A stretch of DNA of 64,000 nt from Gammaproteobacteria bacterium (GTDB lineage: Bacteria > Pseudomonadota > Gammaproteobacteria > RBG-16-57-12): contig JAKIVC010000001.1 of the NCBI GenBank assembly GCA_021647245.1, positions 76,368 through 140,367 on the forward strand, read 5' to 3'. The translations under genes were made by a program, and so were the position numbers. Under the pieces are notes generated by a model. That model was not told the origin of the DNA and ran no database searches. It saw only the letters and a list, made by a program, of their open reading frames with translations. Below are positions 11,306 to 20,694 of this stretch, one piece after another (within the stretch, counting starts at the first letter, position 1; every line of letters begins with the position of its first letter).

Positions 11306-11332
11306 TTATCGTCACAACCACCGATTCACTTA
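11306..11332 (-). promoter_or_regulatory. Weak candidate sigma-28 (FliA) promoter upstream of the MCP gene
   Basis: Minus strand reads TAAGTGAA-N11-GACGATAA, against the consensus TAAAGTTT-N11-GCCGATAA, about 75 nt upstream of the start. Confidence 0.2.
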
Positions 11333-11503
11333 CCCCAAAATATACATTGAGGCCTCTATACTATAGGGCAACTTTATTTTTACGCGAATAGCAGGCAGGC
11401 CAAACAGATAATAAACACTTTTAATACAGAGGGTTATGCCAGTTAACATGGGGTTTTCAATCCATCTCAAATAAGCGATGCGGCTCATAACAAGAGGCTT
11501 AAT

Positions 11504-12364
11504 TTATGGGTCATCTACTTGCAGTTGTTGCTGAAGCTCAATCAGTCGACCCGCCTGTTGATCCGCCAACACCACAATCACCACACGCCGATTTTTAGCA
11601 CGCCCTTGTGGGGTATCATTTTCAGCTACTGGCCGAAACTCACCAAAACCGACAGCCGACATCCGTTTTGGATCCACGCCACTCTGTGCGAAAAGGTGAA
11701 CAACACTGGCTGAGCGGGCAGCCGACAACTCCCAGTTTGAAGGATAAGTTTCGTTCTGAATCGGGACATTATCGGTATACCCCTCCACCTGAATATTATG
11801 GGAAAACTGCTCGAGTACCCGTGCAAGTGAGCGCATCGTCGAGGTGACGTTGTTATTGAGCTGAGCCAGGCCACTCTCAAAGAGCAGGTTGCTTTCGATG
11901 TCGATCTGCACCCAAAGATCGTCACTGGTGATGTTGACCCCCCCCTCTTCAATCAAGGATTCAAGCGCCTTCTCTACTTCATCAACAACCGGCTTCATCA
12001 CACCCTGAGTTGCCAGCTCTTGCAACTTAGCCATTGATTCAGATATTTCCGGCACCGGGGGCGATGGCGACTCATGCCCTTCAAGCACGCCCTCACCACC
12101 ATTCAAGTCAATGACACTGAGTGAACTTTCTGTTGAAGAGGCGGCATCATCTTCAGCGACCGATTTACTTGTATCTTGTGGTGTAAATGCCCGCTCAATA
12201 GAGTCACTCACAACACTAAGCGACCCCTCTTTACTGATACTGATGGCATACATAACAACAAAGAAGGCAAACAGAAGGGTAATAAAATCAGCGTAGGAGA
12301 CCATCCAGCGCTCATGTATATCTGGGTCTTGCTCCATGTGGCGCTTGCGATATTTACGTGTCAT
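11504..12364 (-). CDS. motB: Flagellar motor stator protein, MotB/MotD(PomB)-like, with an OmpA-type peptidoglycan-binding C-terminus
   Basis: N-terminal plug/TM WMVSYADFITLLFAFFVVMYAIS. C-terminal OmpA-like domain (VEGYTDNVPIQ...NRRVVIVV). Confidence 0.8.
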   Translation of the reverse strand: MTRKYRKRHMEQDPDIHERWMVSYADFITLLFAFFVVMYAISISKEGSLSVVSDSIERAFTPQDTSKSVAEDDAASSTESSLSVIDLNGGEGVLEGHESPSPPVPEISESMAKLQELATQGVMKPVVDEVEKALESLIEEGGVNITSDDLWVQIDIESNLLFESGLAQLNNNVTSTMRSLARVLEQFSHNIQVEGYTDNVPIQNETYPSNWELSAARSASVVHLFAQSGVDPKRMSAVGFGEFRPVAENDTPQGRAKNRRVVIVVLADQQAGRLIELQQQLQVDDP

Positions 12365-12370
12365 GGCGGG

Positions 12371-13117
12371 CTACGTCTGGAAGCTTTTCAGTTTTGATTC
12401 GATAAATCGAGGGTTCTCACCTTCTGCAATCGCAACAACCCCCTCCATCAACATTTCGCGATAACGGCACCGGATAGCGGTGAGACTACGGAGCTTATTG
12501 TAAATGGGAATAAAGACCAAATTCGCAAACCCAACACCGTAAATTGTGGCAACAAAAGCAGTCGCAATACCGGCACCCAACAGCTCAGGCTCTGTCAAGT
12601 TGTGCATCACATGGATCAGACCCATTACCGCACCAACAATGCCAATGGTAGGCGCATAACCACCCATGGCGAGGAAAACCTTTGCCGATTCAATTTCCGA
12701 CTCTTGCCTCAGCGAGATTTCCATTTCGAGCGCATCACGCAAACTAGACGGAACAATACCGTCTACAAGGTAGGAGAGTGCTTTTTTAGCAAAAGGATCT
12801 TGCTCTCGATTCATGATAGGCTCAAGCCCCAGAAAGCCCTCTTTGCGTACCACAGTCGACCAACGCATTACTTTTCTGAGGATCTGTTTATCATCGATCT
12901 CAAGTGGCGTAAATACCGTGGGCAGTGAGCGCATGCTCTGCTTAAAAACCGGCAAGCGAGATTGCAGTATGGTGGCTCCCAGTGTGCCGCCCACAACAAT
13001 CAAAAAAGCAGGGCCATTTATCAGCGTTAAGAGTGATCCACCCTCAATAAGTTGCCCCGCGAGTACGGCGAGCAACCCGAGTGCCAAGCCTACCAAGGCT
13101 ATATAATCCAATCTCAT
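12371..13117 (-). CDS. motA: Flagellar motor stator protein, MotA/MotC(PomA)-like
   Basis: 248 aa with four TM helices (TolQ/ExbB/MotA family). Sits directly upstream of the motB-like gene and downstream of cheB, as in Pseudomonas motCD. Confidence 0.8.
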   Translation of the reverse strand: MRLDYIALVGLALGLLAVLAGQLIEGGSLLTLINGPAFLIVVGGTLGATILQSRLPVFKQSMRSLPTVFTPLEIDDKQILRKVMRWSTVVRKEGFLGLEPIMNREQDPFAKKALSYLVDGIVPSSLRDALEMEISLRQESEIESAKVFLAMGGYAPTIGIVGAVMGLIHVMHNLTEPELLGAGIATAFVATIYGVGFANLVFIPIYNKLRSLTAIRCRYREMLMEGVVAIAEGENPRFIESKLKSFQT

Positions 13118-14271
13118 ACTCCTTGCAATATTGCCGAGCCTATTTCAGTCAGCGGGAGGACTCGGTTGGTCAACCCTGCTTCAAAAACAGCAAAAGGCAT
13201 GCCATATACCACGGAGCTTTCTTCATCTTGGGCCCAAATTTCAGCTTTTTTCTGTTTAAGTGTGCGACACCCCTCACGCCCATCGGCCCCCATACCGGTC
13301 AGTATCACCCCCAGCGTGCGCCCATTAAAGTTGGCGGCGATCGAAGAAAAGGTGACATCGACACTCGGTTTGTAGTTAAGCTTAGGGTCACCCGCCTCCA
13401 CTTTGACAATATATTGGCTGCCACGGCGCGCAATCTTCATCTGCATACCTCCGGGGGCAAGCAGAGCCACACCCGGCTGCAACAGATCACCCTCTTGCGC
13501 CTCTTTGACGGTAATAGCACACACCTGATTCAAGCGCTGAGCAAATGCGGGTGTAAAGGTACCGGGCATATGTTGAACCATGAGAATGGGTAGTGGGAAA
13601 TTAGCAGGTAGCGCGGTTAATACATTTTGCAGGGCCACAGGGCCACCGGTTGAAGTACCAATGGCCAACAATTTAATGTCCGCCGCCTCGCGGGGCTGTG
13701 TCCGCGAGGATGTCGCAGTGGCAGCGTTTTGTTTAGATGATTCATGGGAGCGAATCGGCAGCCGTGGGATCGGTTTGTTACGGGGGATAATTGAGCCTGG
13801 GCGCTCAGCCACTGCCGTTGAAGCTGGGTGCGTATTTACAGCAGCATGCCGAATCCGCATATTGACGGCATGGCCTCGGCGAGCAATTTCTTTAACTCTT
13901 CGGCGCAGCAATAACTTCGCCTCATCACTGTTGCTAGAGATATCTTCGAACCGTTTGGGAATAAAATCCAGCGCACCCGCATCTAAGGCATCCAGTGTCG
14001 ATTGTGCGCCATCGGTTGTTAATGAAGAGAACATCAAAATCGGCACGGGCCTGCGCTTCATAATCATTCGTACCGCCGTAATGCCATCCATTACGGGCAT
14101 CTCCACATCCATGGTGATCACATCAGGCTTGAGTTTGGCGGCCATCTCAACCGCTTCTTTACCATTTACGGCGAAACCAACAATCTCTATCCCGCCATCA
14201 GCTTTCAGAATCTCTTCGATACGCTTGCGAAAAAACCTCGAATCATCAACTACCAGTACACGTACCGACAT
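13114..14271 (-). CDS. cheB: Chemotaxis response regulator protein-glutamate methylesterase CheB
   Basis: N-terminal receiver domain (VLVVDDS...D) followed by a C-terminal methylesterase domain (GTSTGGP, catalytic-type residues). Confidence 0.9.
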   Translation of the reverse strand: MSVRVLVVDDSRFFRKRIEEILKADGGIEIVGFAVNGKEAVEMAAKLKPDVITMDVEMPVMDGITAVRMIMKRRPVPILMFSSLTTDGAQSTLDALDAGALDFIPKRFEDISSNSDEAKLLLRRRVKEIARRGHAVNMRIRHAAVNTHPASTAVAERPGSIIPRNKPIPRLPIRSHESSKQNAATATSSRTQPREAADIKLLAIGTSTGGPVALQNVLTALPANFPLPILMVQHMPGTFTPAFAQRLNQVCAITVKEAQEGDLLQPGVALLAPGGMQMKIARRGSQYIVKVEAGDPKLNYKPSVDVTFSSIAANFNGRTLGVILTGMGADGREGCRTLKQKKAEIWAQDEESSVVYGMPFAVFEAGLTNRVLPLTEIGSAILQGV

Positions 14272-14281
14272 TCAGCCTCCA

Positions 14282-16384
14282 TCAGGCGTAAGATTTCATT
14301 AAACTGGGTACATCCAGAATCAATGCGATCTTTCCATCACCCCGGATTGTAGCACCGGCTAACCCACCTGTTCCAAGCAGCATATTGCCCAGTGGTTTAA
14401 TCACAACCTCCTCCTGACCAACCAGCTGATCAACCACGAAGCCAACTTTTTGCGAACCGACACTGACCACCACAACGTGCCCCTCATCCTTCTGTTCGCT
14501 ACCACCCACCAGCCAGTCAGCGAGATAAAAGAGTGGCAGTGCTTTCTCTCTCACCATAATGACACATTGACCATCGATCACATTGGTGTGACGGAGATCC
14601 AGATGGAAAATCTCATTAACATTAACCAGCGGCAGAGCAAAAATCTGTTTTTTCAGTGAAACCATTAAGGTCGGCATAATCGCCAAGGTGAGTGGTACTT
14701 TTATCTGTAGCGTAGTGCCCACTCCCAGCTCAGAGCTAATTTCAACTGAGCCATTCAGCTGTACAATACGGGTCTTGACAACATCCATACCGACACCACG
14801 GCCGGATATGTCTGAAATTTCTGCCTTAGTGGAAAATCCGGGGGCGAAAATCAACTGAAAACACTCTTGATCACTCAGGCGAGCGGCCGCATCCGGCTCC
14901 AGAACGCCCTTTTCCACCGAAATCTTACGCAACACATCGGCATCCATACCGCCACCATCATCAGAAATGGTGAGAAGAATGTGATCACCCTCCTGTTCAG
15001 CCGAAAGAGTAACCGTACCTGCCCGCTCTTTTCCCGCCTTAACACGGCTGTCAGGCATCTCGATACCATGATCCACTGCATTTCGCACCAGATGAACCAG
15101 TGGATCAGCAAGTGCTTCAACGAGGTTTTTATCCAGGTCGGTCTCTTCTCCTTGCAAGACCAAGTCGACCTCCTTTTTTAAGCTCCGCGCCAGGTCGCGC
15201 ACAACTCGCGGAAAACGACCAAAGACTTTTTTGATTGGCTGCATACGGGTTTTCATTACCGCAGACTGCAGGTCAGCGGTGACCACATCCAAATTGGCAA
15301 CCGCTTTTGCCATCTCTTCATCGACCTGAACCGCCTCGAGTGTTGCAAGGCGGTTTCTGACTAATACCAACTCACCCACCATGTTCATGATGTCATCTAG
15401 GCGACTGGTATCCACCCGCACCGTCGTTTCACCCTGAGGTGCGGTTGGCTTTTTTGCTTTAGGTGGTGGTGCCGCTTTAACGGGCTCTTTTACAGCCGCG
15501 GGTGAGGCCGCCTCTTTTTTAGCAGGTTCATTAGTGGCGGGGGCTTTCGGTGGAGGTGTCGAGGCGGCTTGAGCTGGCTCGCCACTTTTACCGTGAATTT
15601 TATCCAGCAGCGCTTCAAACTCATCTTCGCTGATCTCGTCAGCATCACTAAGGGTACCGGGAGCCGGGGGAGCTGACGCTGTTTTAACGCCAACAACGGG
15701 GGCAGGCGTACCTGTTTTACCATGCAGTTGATCCAGCAGTGCTTCAAACTCATCATCGGTGATTTCATCAGATGCCGGTGCGGTTGCCACATCTTTGCCG
15801 TCTTCGCCCTGCAACAGGTCCAGCAGGTTTTCAAACTCTTCATCGGTGATTTCATCGGAATCACTTGGGGCATTAGGCGTGACATCCGCCTCGAAAAAAA
15901 CATCATCACTCGCACTCACCGACTCGTCTGTAGCAGGTGCGCTTGGTGTCACTTCAGCTTCAGGCGCAGCCGCTGCTTCGGCTTTCGCTGAGTCTGGCGA
16001 CCTCTTAAGTGCTTCAAGTTGTTGCAATAGTTCTGGTGGTGCCAGTGAGGGCTCTGTCCCTTCGCGCAGCTCATCAAACTGTTCATTCACGACATCCAGA
16101 ACCCGTAAAACCACATCCATCAACCCTGCATTGACTGAAAGCTCACCATTGCGCAAAAGATTAAAAAGATCTTCTGCACTATGACAAACCTGCACAAGCC
16201 CCGTTAGGCTGAGAAAGCTTCCACCGCCCTTAATGGTATGAAAGCCACGAAAAACAGTATTCAGCAGTTCGCTATCATCGGGGGAGTGCTCTAACTCAAC
16301 CAGTTGCTCGGAGAGCTCTTCAAGGATCTCACTCGCTTCAACCAGAAAGTCCTGAAGTATTTCGTCATCAGCATCAAACGACAT
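14282..16384 (-). CDS. cheA: Chemotaxis histidine kinase CheA
   Basis: HPt domain (FRGFHTIKGGGSF), dimerisation domain, HATPase domain (GxGxG motifs) and a C-terminal CheW-like domain. 700 aa. Confidence 0.95.
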   Translation of the reverse strand: MSFDADDEILQDFLVEASEILEELSEQLVELEHSPDDSELLNTVFRGFHTIKGGGSFLSLTGLVQVCHSAEDLFNLLRNGELSVNAGLMDVVLRVLDVVNEQFDELREGTEPSLAPPELLQQLEALKRSPDSAKAEAAAAPEAEVTPSAPATDESVSASDDVFFEADVTPNAPSDSDEITDEEFENLLDLLQGEDGKDVATAPASDEITDDEFEALLDQLHGKTGTPAPVVGVKTASAPPAPGTLSDADEISEDEFEALLDKIHGKSGEPAQAASTPPPKAPATNEPAKKEAASPAAVKEPVKAAPPPKAKKPTAPQGETTVRVDTSRLDDIMNMVGELVLVRNRLATLEAVQVDEEMAKAVANLDVVTADLQSAVMKTRMQPIKKVFGRFPRVVRDLARSLKKEVDLVLQGEETDLDKNLVEALADPLVHLVRNAVDHGIEMPDSRVKAGKERAGTVTLSAEQEGDHILLTISDDGGGMDADVLRKISVEKGVLEPDAAARLSDQECFQLIFAPGFSTKAEISDISGRGVGMDVVKTRIVQLNGSVEISSELGVGTTLQIKVPLTLAIMPTLMVSLKKQIFALPLVNVNEIFHLDLRHTNVIDGQCVIMVREKALPLFYLADWLVGGSEQKDEGHVVVVSVGSQKVGFVVDQLVGQEEVVIKPLGNMLLGTGGLAGATIRGDGKIALILDVPSLMKSYA
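15583..15862. repeat. Three imperfect direct repeats inside the cheA linker, each encoding a D(E)I(T/S)(D/E)(D/E)EFE(A/N)LLD-L-(Q/H)G motif
   Basis: The DNA segments ...atccagcagcgcttcaaactcatcttcgctgatctcgtc..., ...atccagcagtgcttcaaactcatcatcggtgatttcatc... and ...gtccagcaggttttcaaactcttcatcggtgatttcatc... are visibly related. At the protein level they read DEITDEEFENLLDLLQG, DEITDDEFEALLDQLHG and DEISEDEFEALLDKIHG. Confidence 0.6.
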
Positions 16385-16393
16385 AATTAACCC

Positions 16394-17122
16394 TTAAAAG
16401 CCTAGACTAGAGAGCAGATCATCCACTTCATCCTGTCCATTAACCGTATCTGATTTGGATAAACTAGGAACTTGTGGCCCTTCCAACTTACCTTTTTCAT
16501 CTTTTTTATCTGCAACCGGCATACCACCCGTGGCCTTTATCATATTGACCAAGTGAGCCTCTACATCTTCAACCATTTTGATGACACGATTGATAATTTG
16601 ACTGGTCAGATCCTGAAACTCCTGCGCCATCAAAATCTCATTAAGCGCGTCTTTTACGGCATCCAACTCGCCTTCGCTTTCAGATAAGTACCCCTCAAGG
16701 GTTTTACTTACCCTGCGAAACTCTTCTGCACTCATCTCTCGATTTACGAAACGCTTCCACTCGGCTCGTAGCTCAATCGATTTTTCCTGTAACATTTCAC
16801 AGTGAGGAATGGCACTTTCAACCGCTGTCAGTGTTTTGTTGGCAGATTGATTGGTCATGGTGATGACGTAATTCAGACGCTCTTTTGCATCGGGAATATC
16901 ACTTTTGGTAATATCACAAAGCTCTGAGTCCACCTCGAAACTGGCAATTGAGCTGTGTAGCTCCCGGGTGAGCTTACCAATCTCCTGAAACAGCTCACCC
17001 TCTCTAATGTGAGCCAGCTCATCAACCAACAGTGTCACTTGCTCGTCATTTCCAGCCTTTAATTCGACCACTAGCTTTTCGGCTATAGAGAGCATCTCTG
17101 GGTGGGTATTCGAGTCGCACAT
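16394..17122 (-). CDS. cheZ: CheY-P phosphatase CheZ
   Basis: 242 aa ending in the characteristic CheY-binding tail ...VDDLLSSLGF (E. coli CheZ ends ...VDDLLDSLGF). Sits between cheY and cheA. Confidence 0.85.
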   Translation of the reverse strand: MCDSNTHPEMLSIAEKLVVELKAGNDEQVTLLVDELAHIREGELFQEIGKLTRELHSSIASFEVDSELCDITKSDIPDAKERLNYVITMTNQSANKTLTAVESAIPHCEMLQEKSIELRAEWKRFVNREMSAEEFRRVSKTLEGYLSESEGELDAVKDALNEILMAQEFQDLTSQIINRVIKMVEDVEAHLVNMIKATGGMPVADKKDEKGKLEGPQVPSLSKSDTVNGQDEVDDLLSSLGF

Positions 17123-17165
17123 ATTTAAAGAGTCGTCCTAGGTAAGAGGAAACACGGGAGCACTG

Positions 17166-17558
17166 TTAACCGTCTATGCGTTCAAATATTTTGTCGATTT
17201 TTTCTTTGAGAGTGGCGGCTGTAAAAGGTTTGATGATGTAGCCATTGACACCGCATTGCGCAGCATCAACAATTTGTTCACGTTTAGCTTCCGCCGTCAC
17301 CATCAAGACAGGCAACTTAGCGAGGTTTTCATCAGCTCGAACAAGCTTAAGAAGCTCAATACCGGTCATACCCGGCATGTTCCAATCGGTTACCAAAAAA
17401 TCAAAATTACCATTTTTAAGCTGAGGCAGTGCAGTCTGGCCGTCATCCGCCTCCGCTGTGTTGTTGTAACCCAAATCTCGAAGAAGATTTTTAATGATGC
17501 GTCGCATTGTGGAGAAGTCGTCCACAATAAGGATCTTCATGTTAGGATTCGCAGGCAT
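17166..17558 (-). CDS. cheY: Chemotaxis response regulator CheY
   Basis: 130-aa single receiver domain: [13 protein letters not shown], phospho-acceptor region [15 protein letters not shown], and K in GYIIKPF. Confidence 0.9.
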   Translation of the reverse strand: MPANPNMKILIVDDFSTMRRIIKNLLRDLGYNNTAEADDGQTALPQLKNGNFDFLVTDWNMPGMTGIELLKLVRADENLAKLPVLMVTAEAKREQIVDAAQCGVNGYIIKPFTAATLKEKIDKIFERIDG

Positions 17559-17603
17559 TGAAGCTCACCTTGTAATTATCTGAAGTAATAAACTATGGGT
17601 TAC

Positions 17604-17632
17604 TATTCGGCCTATAGGGGAGTTTAGTTTAG
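17604..17632 (-). promoter_or_regulatory. Candidate sigma-28 (FliA)-dependent promoter for cheY-cheZ-cheA
   Basis: The minus strand reads CTAAACTAAACT-cccctatag-GCCGAATA in the 98-bp fliA-cheY gap. The -10 matches GCCGATAA at 6 of 8 positions. The -35 TAAA is at 15/16-nt spacing. Confidence 0.3.
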
Positions 17633-17656
17633 GTGCTTTTTTATTTAATTAATAAA

Positions 17657-18391
17657 TCAGCCCCGAGTCCAAGGTGTCAGGCGCGCTTGCAGACGAATAA
17701 CCGCTTGACTGTGAATTTGACTCACCCGGGATTCACTCACTCCCAGGATGGTTCCGATCTCTCGCAGATTGAGTTCTTCGTCGTAGTATAACCCCATCAC
17801 CAGTCGCTCTCTCTCAGGCAGGCCAGCAATGGCATCCATCAGGTGATTACGAAAACCATCGGTCTGCAAACCTTCGTATGGCCCGGTTCGCTCATCGGCA
17901 TAGGTTTCAGAAAGTGAGGTACCATCTAAACCAATCTCATCGAAACTAAATACCCGCTGTCCACCCGTATCTTTGAGTATCTTGTGATACTCCTTCATGG
18001 TAAAGCCCAGGCCTTCGGCAATTTCGTGGTCACGGGCATCGCGCCCTGTACGGTTTTCGATCTCTCTGACAACCTCAGCCACCATTCGAGTTTTTTTGTG
18101 TACTGAACGCGGCACCCAATCATTTTTACGAATCTCATCCAGCATCGAGCCTCGCACACGAATACCGGCATAAGTTTCAAAACTGGCACCCTGTGTTTCA
18201 TCATAATTACGTGCGGCTTCAAGTAAGCCGATCATGCCCGATTGAATCAGATCATCCGCCTGAACCGTAGGCGGCAACCGCCCCATCAGGTGGTAAGCTA
18301 TTCGCTTGACTAAGGTGGCATACTTTTTCACCATCTTATCAGGGATGGCTATATCACTTCTTGGAGCTTTAGGCATGGCAACGCCACTCAT
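17657..18391 (-). CDS. fliA: Flagellar sigma factor FliA (sigma-28)
   Basis: 244 aa with sigma-70 regions 2, 3 and 4. Sits directly downstream of the flhF-flhG genes. Confidence 0.9.
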   Translation of the reverse strand: MSGVAMPKAPRSDIAIPDKMVKKYATLVKRIAYHLMGRLPPTVQADDLIQSGMIGLLEAARNYDETQGASFETYAGIRVRGSMLDEIRKNDWVPRSVHKKTRMVAEVVREIENRTGRDARDHEIAEGLGFTMKEYHKILKDTGGQRVFSFDEIGLDGTSLSETYADERTGPYEGLQTDGFRNHLMDAIAGLPERERLVMGLYYDEELNLREIGTILGVSESRVSQIHSQAVIRLQARLTPWTRG

Positions 18392-19272
18392 AATTTCCCC
18401 TCTTCACTGTTTCGCCCTGCTTGTATTAGTCGCTCAACAAAGAACTCAACGTGCCCTCCAGGCCCACTGGGCACTGGCCAATTTTCAATGCGCTTGGCCA
18501 TCTCTTTAAAGGCCATCGAGGCTTTGCTTCTAGGAAACGCCTCCACCACAGCTCGTTGTTTGCGCACGGATTTTCGCAAGTATTCATCGTAGGGAACTAC
18601 GCCAACAAAGTCCAGCATCACATCTAAAAACTTATCTGTGACGCGGGTCAACTTTTTGAACAGCTCACGCCCCTCCTGAGTAGAACCGGCCATATTCGCT
18701 ATAATTCGGAAACGAAACAGCCCATGTTCACGGCTTAATAGTTTAATCAGCGCATAAGCATCGGTGAGTGAAGCTGGCTCGTCACACACCACCACCAGTA
18801 CCTCTTGTGCCGCCTTGCTAAAGCTGACCACACTATCTGAAATACCCGCTGCGGCATCGATAATCAGCACGTCCAGTGTATGACTTAACTCACTGAATGA
18901 GCGGATTAAACCCGCATGTTGTGCGGGCTGTAGTTCTGCCATATTTTGCACACCGGAGGAGGCGGGCACAATACGAATACCCGCCGGCCCTGTGAGTATG
19001 ATCTCTTCAAGTGTTCGTTTGCCACTCAGTACATGTGAAAGGTTGTATTGCGGGTGAAGACCCAGCATAACATCAAGATTCGCCAGCCCCAGATCGGCAT
19101 CCATCACCATCACTCGACGGCCTAGCTGGGCAAGGCTCACCGCGAGGTTGACCGAAATATTTGTTTTACCCACGCCGCCTTTACCGCTGGCAACCGTCAA
19201 CACTCTAACTGGGTTTACTTTACTCATTCGACGAAGTCCTTCTGCCTGATCGTAGCCTTCAGACATTAGCAT
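18388..19272 (-). CDS. flhG: MinD/ParA-family flagellar number regulator FlhG/FleN
   Basis: Deviant Walker A VASGKGGVGKTNISVNLA. Located between flhF and fliA and overlaps both neighbours by a few nt. Confidence 0.85.
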   Translation of the reverse strand: MLMSEGYDQAEGLRRMSKVNPVRVLTVASGKGGVGKTNISVNLAVSLAQLGRRVMVMDADLGLANLDVMLGLHPQYNLSHVLSGKRTLEEIILTGPAGIRIVPASSGVQNMAELQPAQHAGLIRSFSELSHTLDVLIIDAAAGISDSVVSFSKAAQEVLVVVCDEPASLTDAYALIKLLSREHGLFRFRIIANMAGSTQEGRELFKKLTRVTDKFLDVMLDFVGVVPYDEYLRKSVRKQRAVVEAFPRSKASMAFKEMAKRIENWPVPSGPGGHVEFFVERLIQAGRNSEEGKL

Positions 19273-20659
19273 TCATGGCCACCTTTCCATATTGAAGCTC
19301 AACCATTTCATCGGAGAGCGGGCAGTTCTGTTTCTCGGCCATCGCGATGCAGCGCGCCAACAGGTCATGTGCACGCGCAGGGTGCAAATCCTCTGGGACC
19401 TGCTGCCCGTCACTGATGTATGCGATGGGTAAGTTGTGAGTCAACACAACCGATAGTACCTCACCAAGGCTGGTCGTTTCATCAATCTTGCTGATAATAC
19501 ACCCTTGTAAGCCCACTTTTTTAAATGTATTCACTGCCACCTCCAGCCCGGCGGCCTGACTGTTTGCCGAGAGAACCAGGTAACACTTCACCTCATGCAC
19601 CGAGCTTCGCAGCCGGGATAGTTGTTCCGTTAGTCGAAGGTCCTGAGGGTTCATCCCTGCGGTATCGATCAATATCAGCTCTTTATCATCAATCGCCTCA
19701 ATAGTCTGCGCCAGCTCTTGGTAGTTTTTGGCAACATAGACGGGGGCACCCAAAATCTGACCGAAAGTACGCAACTGCTCCTGAGCGCCGATACGGTAAT
19801 TGTCTGTGGTGATCAGTGCTACCCGGCCTGCCCCGTGACGCAGCGTATAACGTGCTGCCAGTTTCGCAATCGCGGTAGTTTTTCCAACGCCCGTGGGGCC
19901 TACCAGCGCAACCATACCGCCATCACTCAAAATATCATCTTCTGTCATCATTAAGCGCTGCTCCATAATCGTCAGTGCTAAACGCCACGCTTGTTCAAAA
20001 GATTGCTTTTCATTGACTGCCATTGCGATGCGCATACTCTCTTGCGCACTCAATCCCAATGTCATTAGCTGTCGCATCAACCGCGCATGCAGCGGATGCT
20101 GACGCACCATACTTCCCCATGCAAAGCCACTCAATTGCTGCTCGACTAAACCCCGCAATTCTGTTAGCTCATTTTTCATACCCACCAGCACTGGATCCTG
20201 GCTCCACTCCATTTGAGGTGTACGATGGCTTGGTGATCTGTCGAAAACTTGACGCTCAGAGGGCGTTGTGACGGCCTCTTTTCGTGCAGCAGCACGATTT
20301 TGACGCATCGCACCGGCTCTTTTTTCAGGGGCACCTTGGGGAGAGTGGTGTGCCGCTGCCTTATTGACACTCTTTTGACGTATGGGGTCGGGGTGATACT
20401 CATCATCACGAAAGTGATCATCAAAACGGGCGGGGTGTTCACTCTTCTTCGCCACGGCAGGTGGCTTTATGACCGGGGGTTCTACAGATCCAGCGGTTTG
20501 CTCTTCAAAGAGTGACTCATCATAATCAACTGCCGAGACGATCTCCACTCCACCCTCAACGCTGCGATTGGAAAGGATCACCGCGTCAGCCCCCTGCTCT
20601 TCACGAACGAGGCGAATCGCCTGGCGAATATCAGCCGCAAAATAACGCTTAATCTTCAT
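19259..20659 (-). CDS. flhF: Flagellar biosynthesis SRP-type GTPase FlhF
   Basis: C-terminal SRP54-type GTPase domain (GPTGVGKTTAIAKLAARY, DTAGM). 466 aa. Confidence 0.9.
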   Translation of the reverse strand: MKIKRYFAADIRQAIRLVREEQGADAVILSNRSVEGGVEIVSAVDYDESLFEEQTAGSVEPPVIKPPAVAKKSEHPARFDDHFRDDEYHPDPIRQKSVNKAAAHHSPQGAPEKRAGAMRQNRAAARKEAVTTPSERQVFDRSPSHRTPQMEWSQDPVLVGMKNELTELRGLVEQQLSGFAWGSMVRQHPLHARLMRQLMTLGLSAQESMRIAMAVNEKQSFEQAWRLALTIMEQRLMMTEDDILSDGGMVALVGPTGVGKTTAIAKLAARYTLRHGAGRVALITTDNYRIGAQEQLRTFGQILGAPVYVAKNYQELAQTIEAIDDKELILIDTAGMNPQDLRLTEQLSRLRSSVHEVKCYLVLSANSQAAGLEVAVNTFKKVGLQGCIISKIDETTSLGEVLSVVLTHNLPIAYISDGQQVPEDLHPARAHDLLARCIAMAEKQNCPLSDEMVELQYGKVAMNANV

Positions 20660-20694
20660 AGCTAGCCCCTTTCGCCCTTGCCATAGATAGATGG

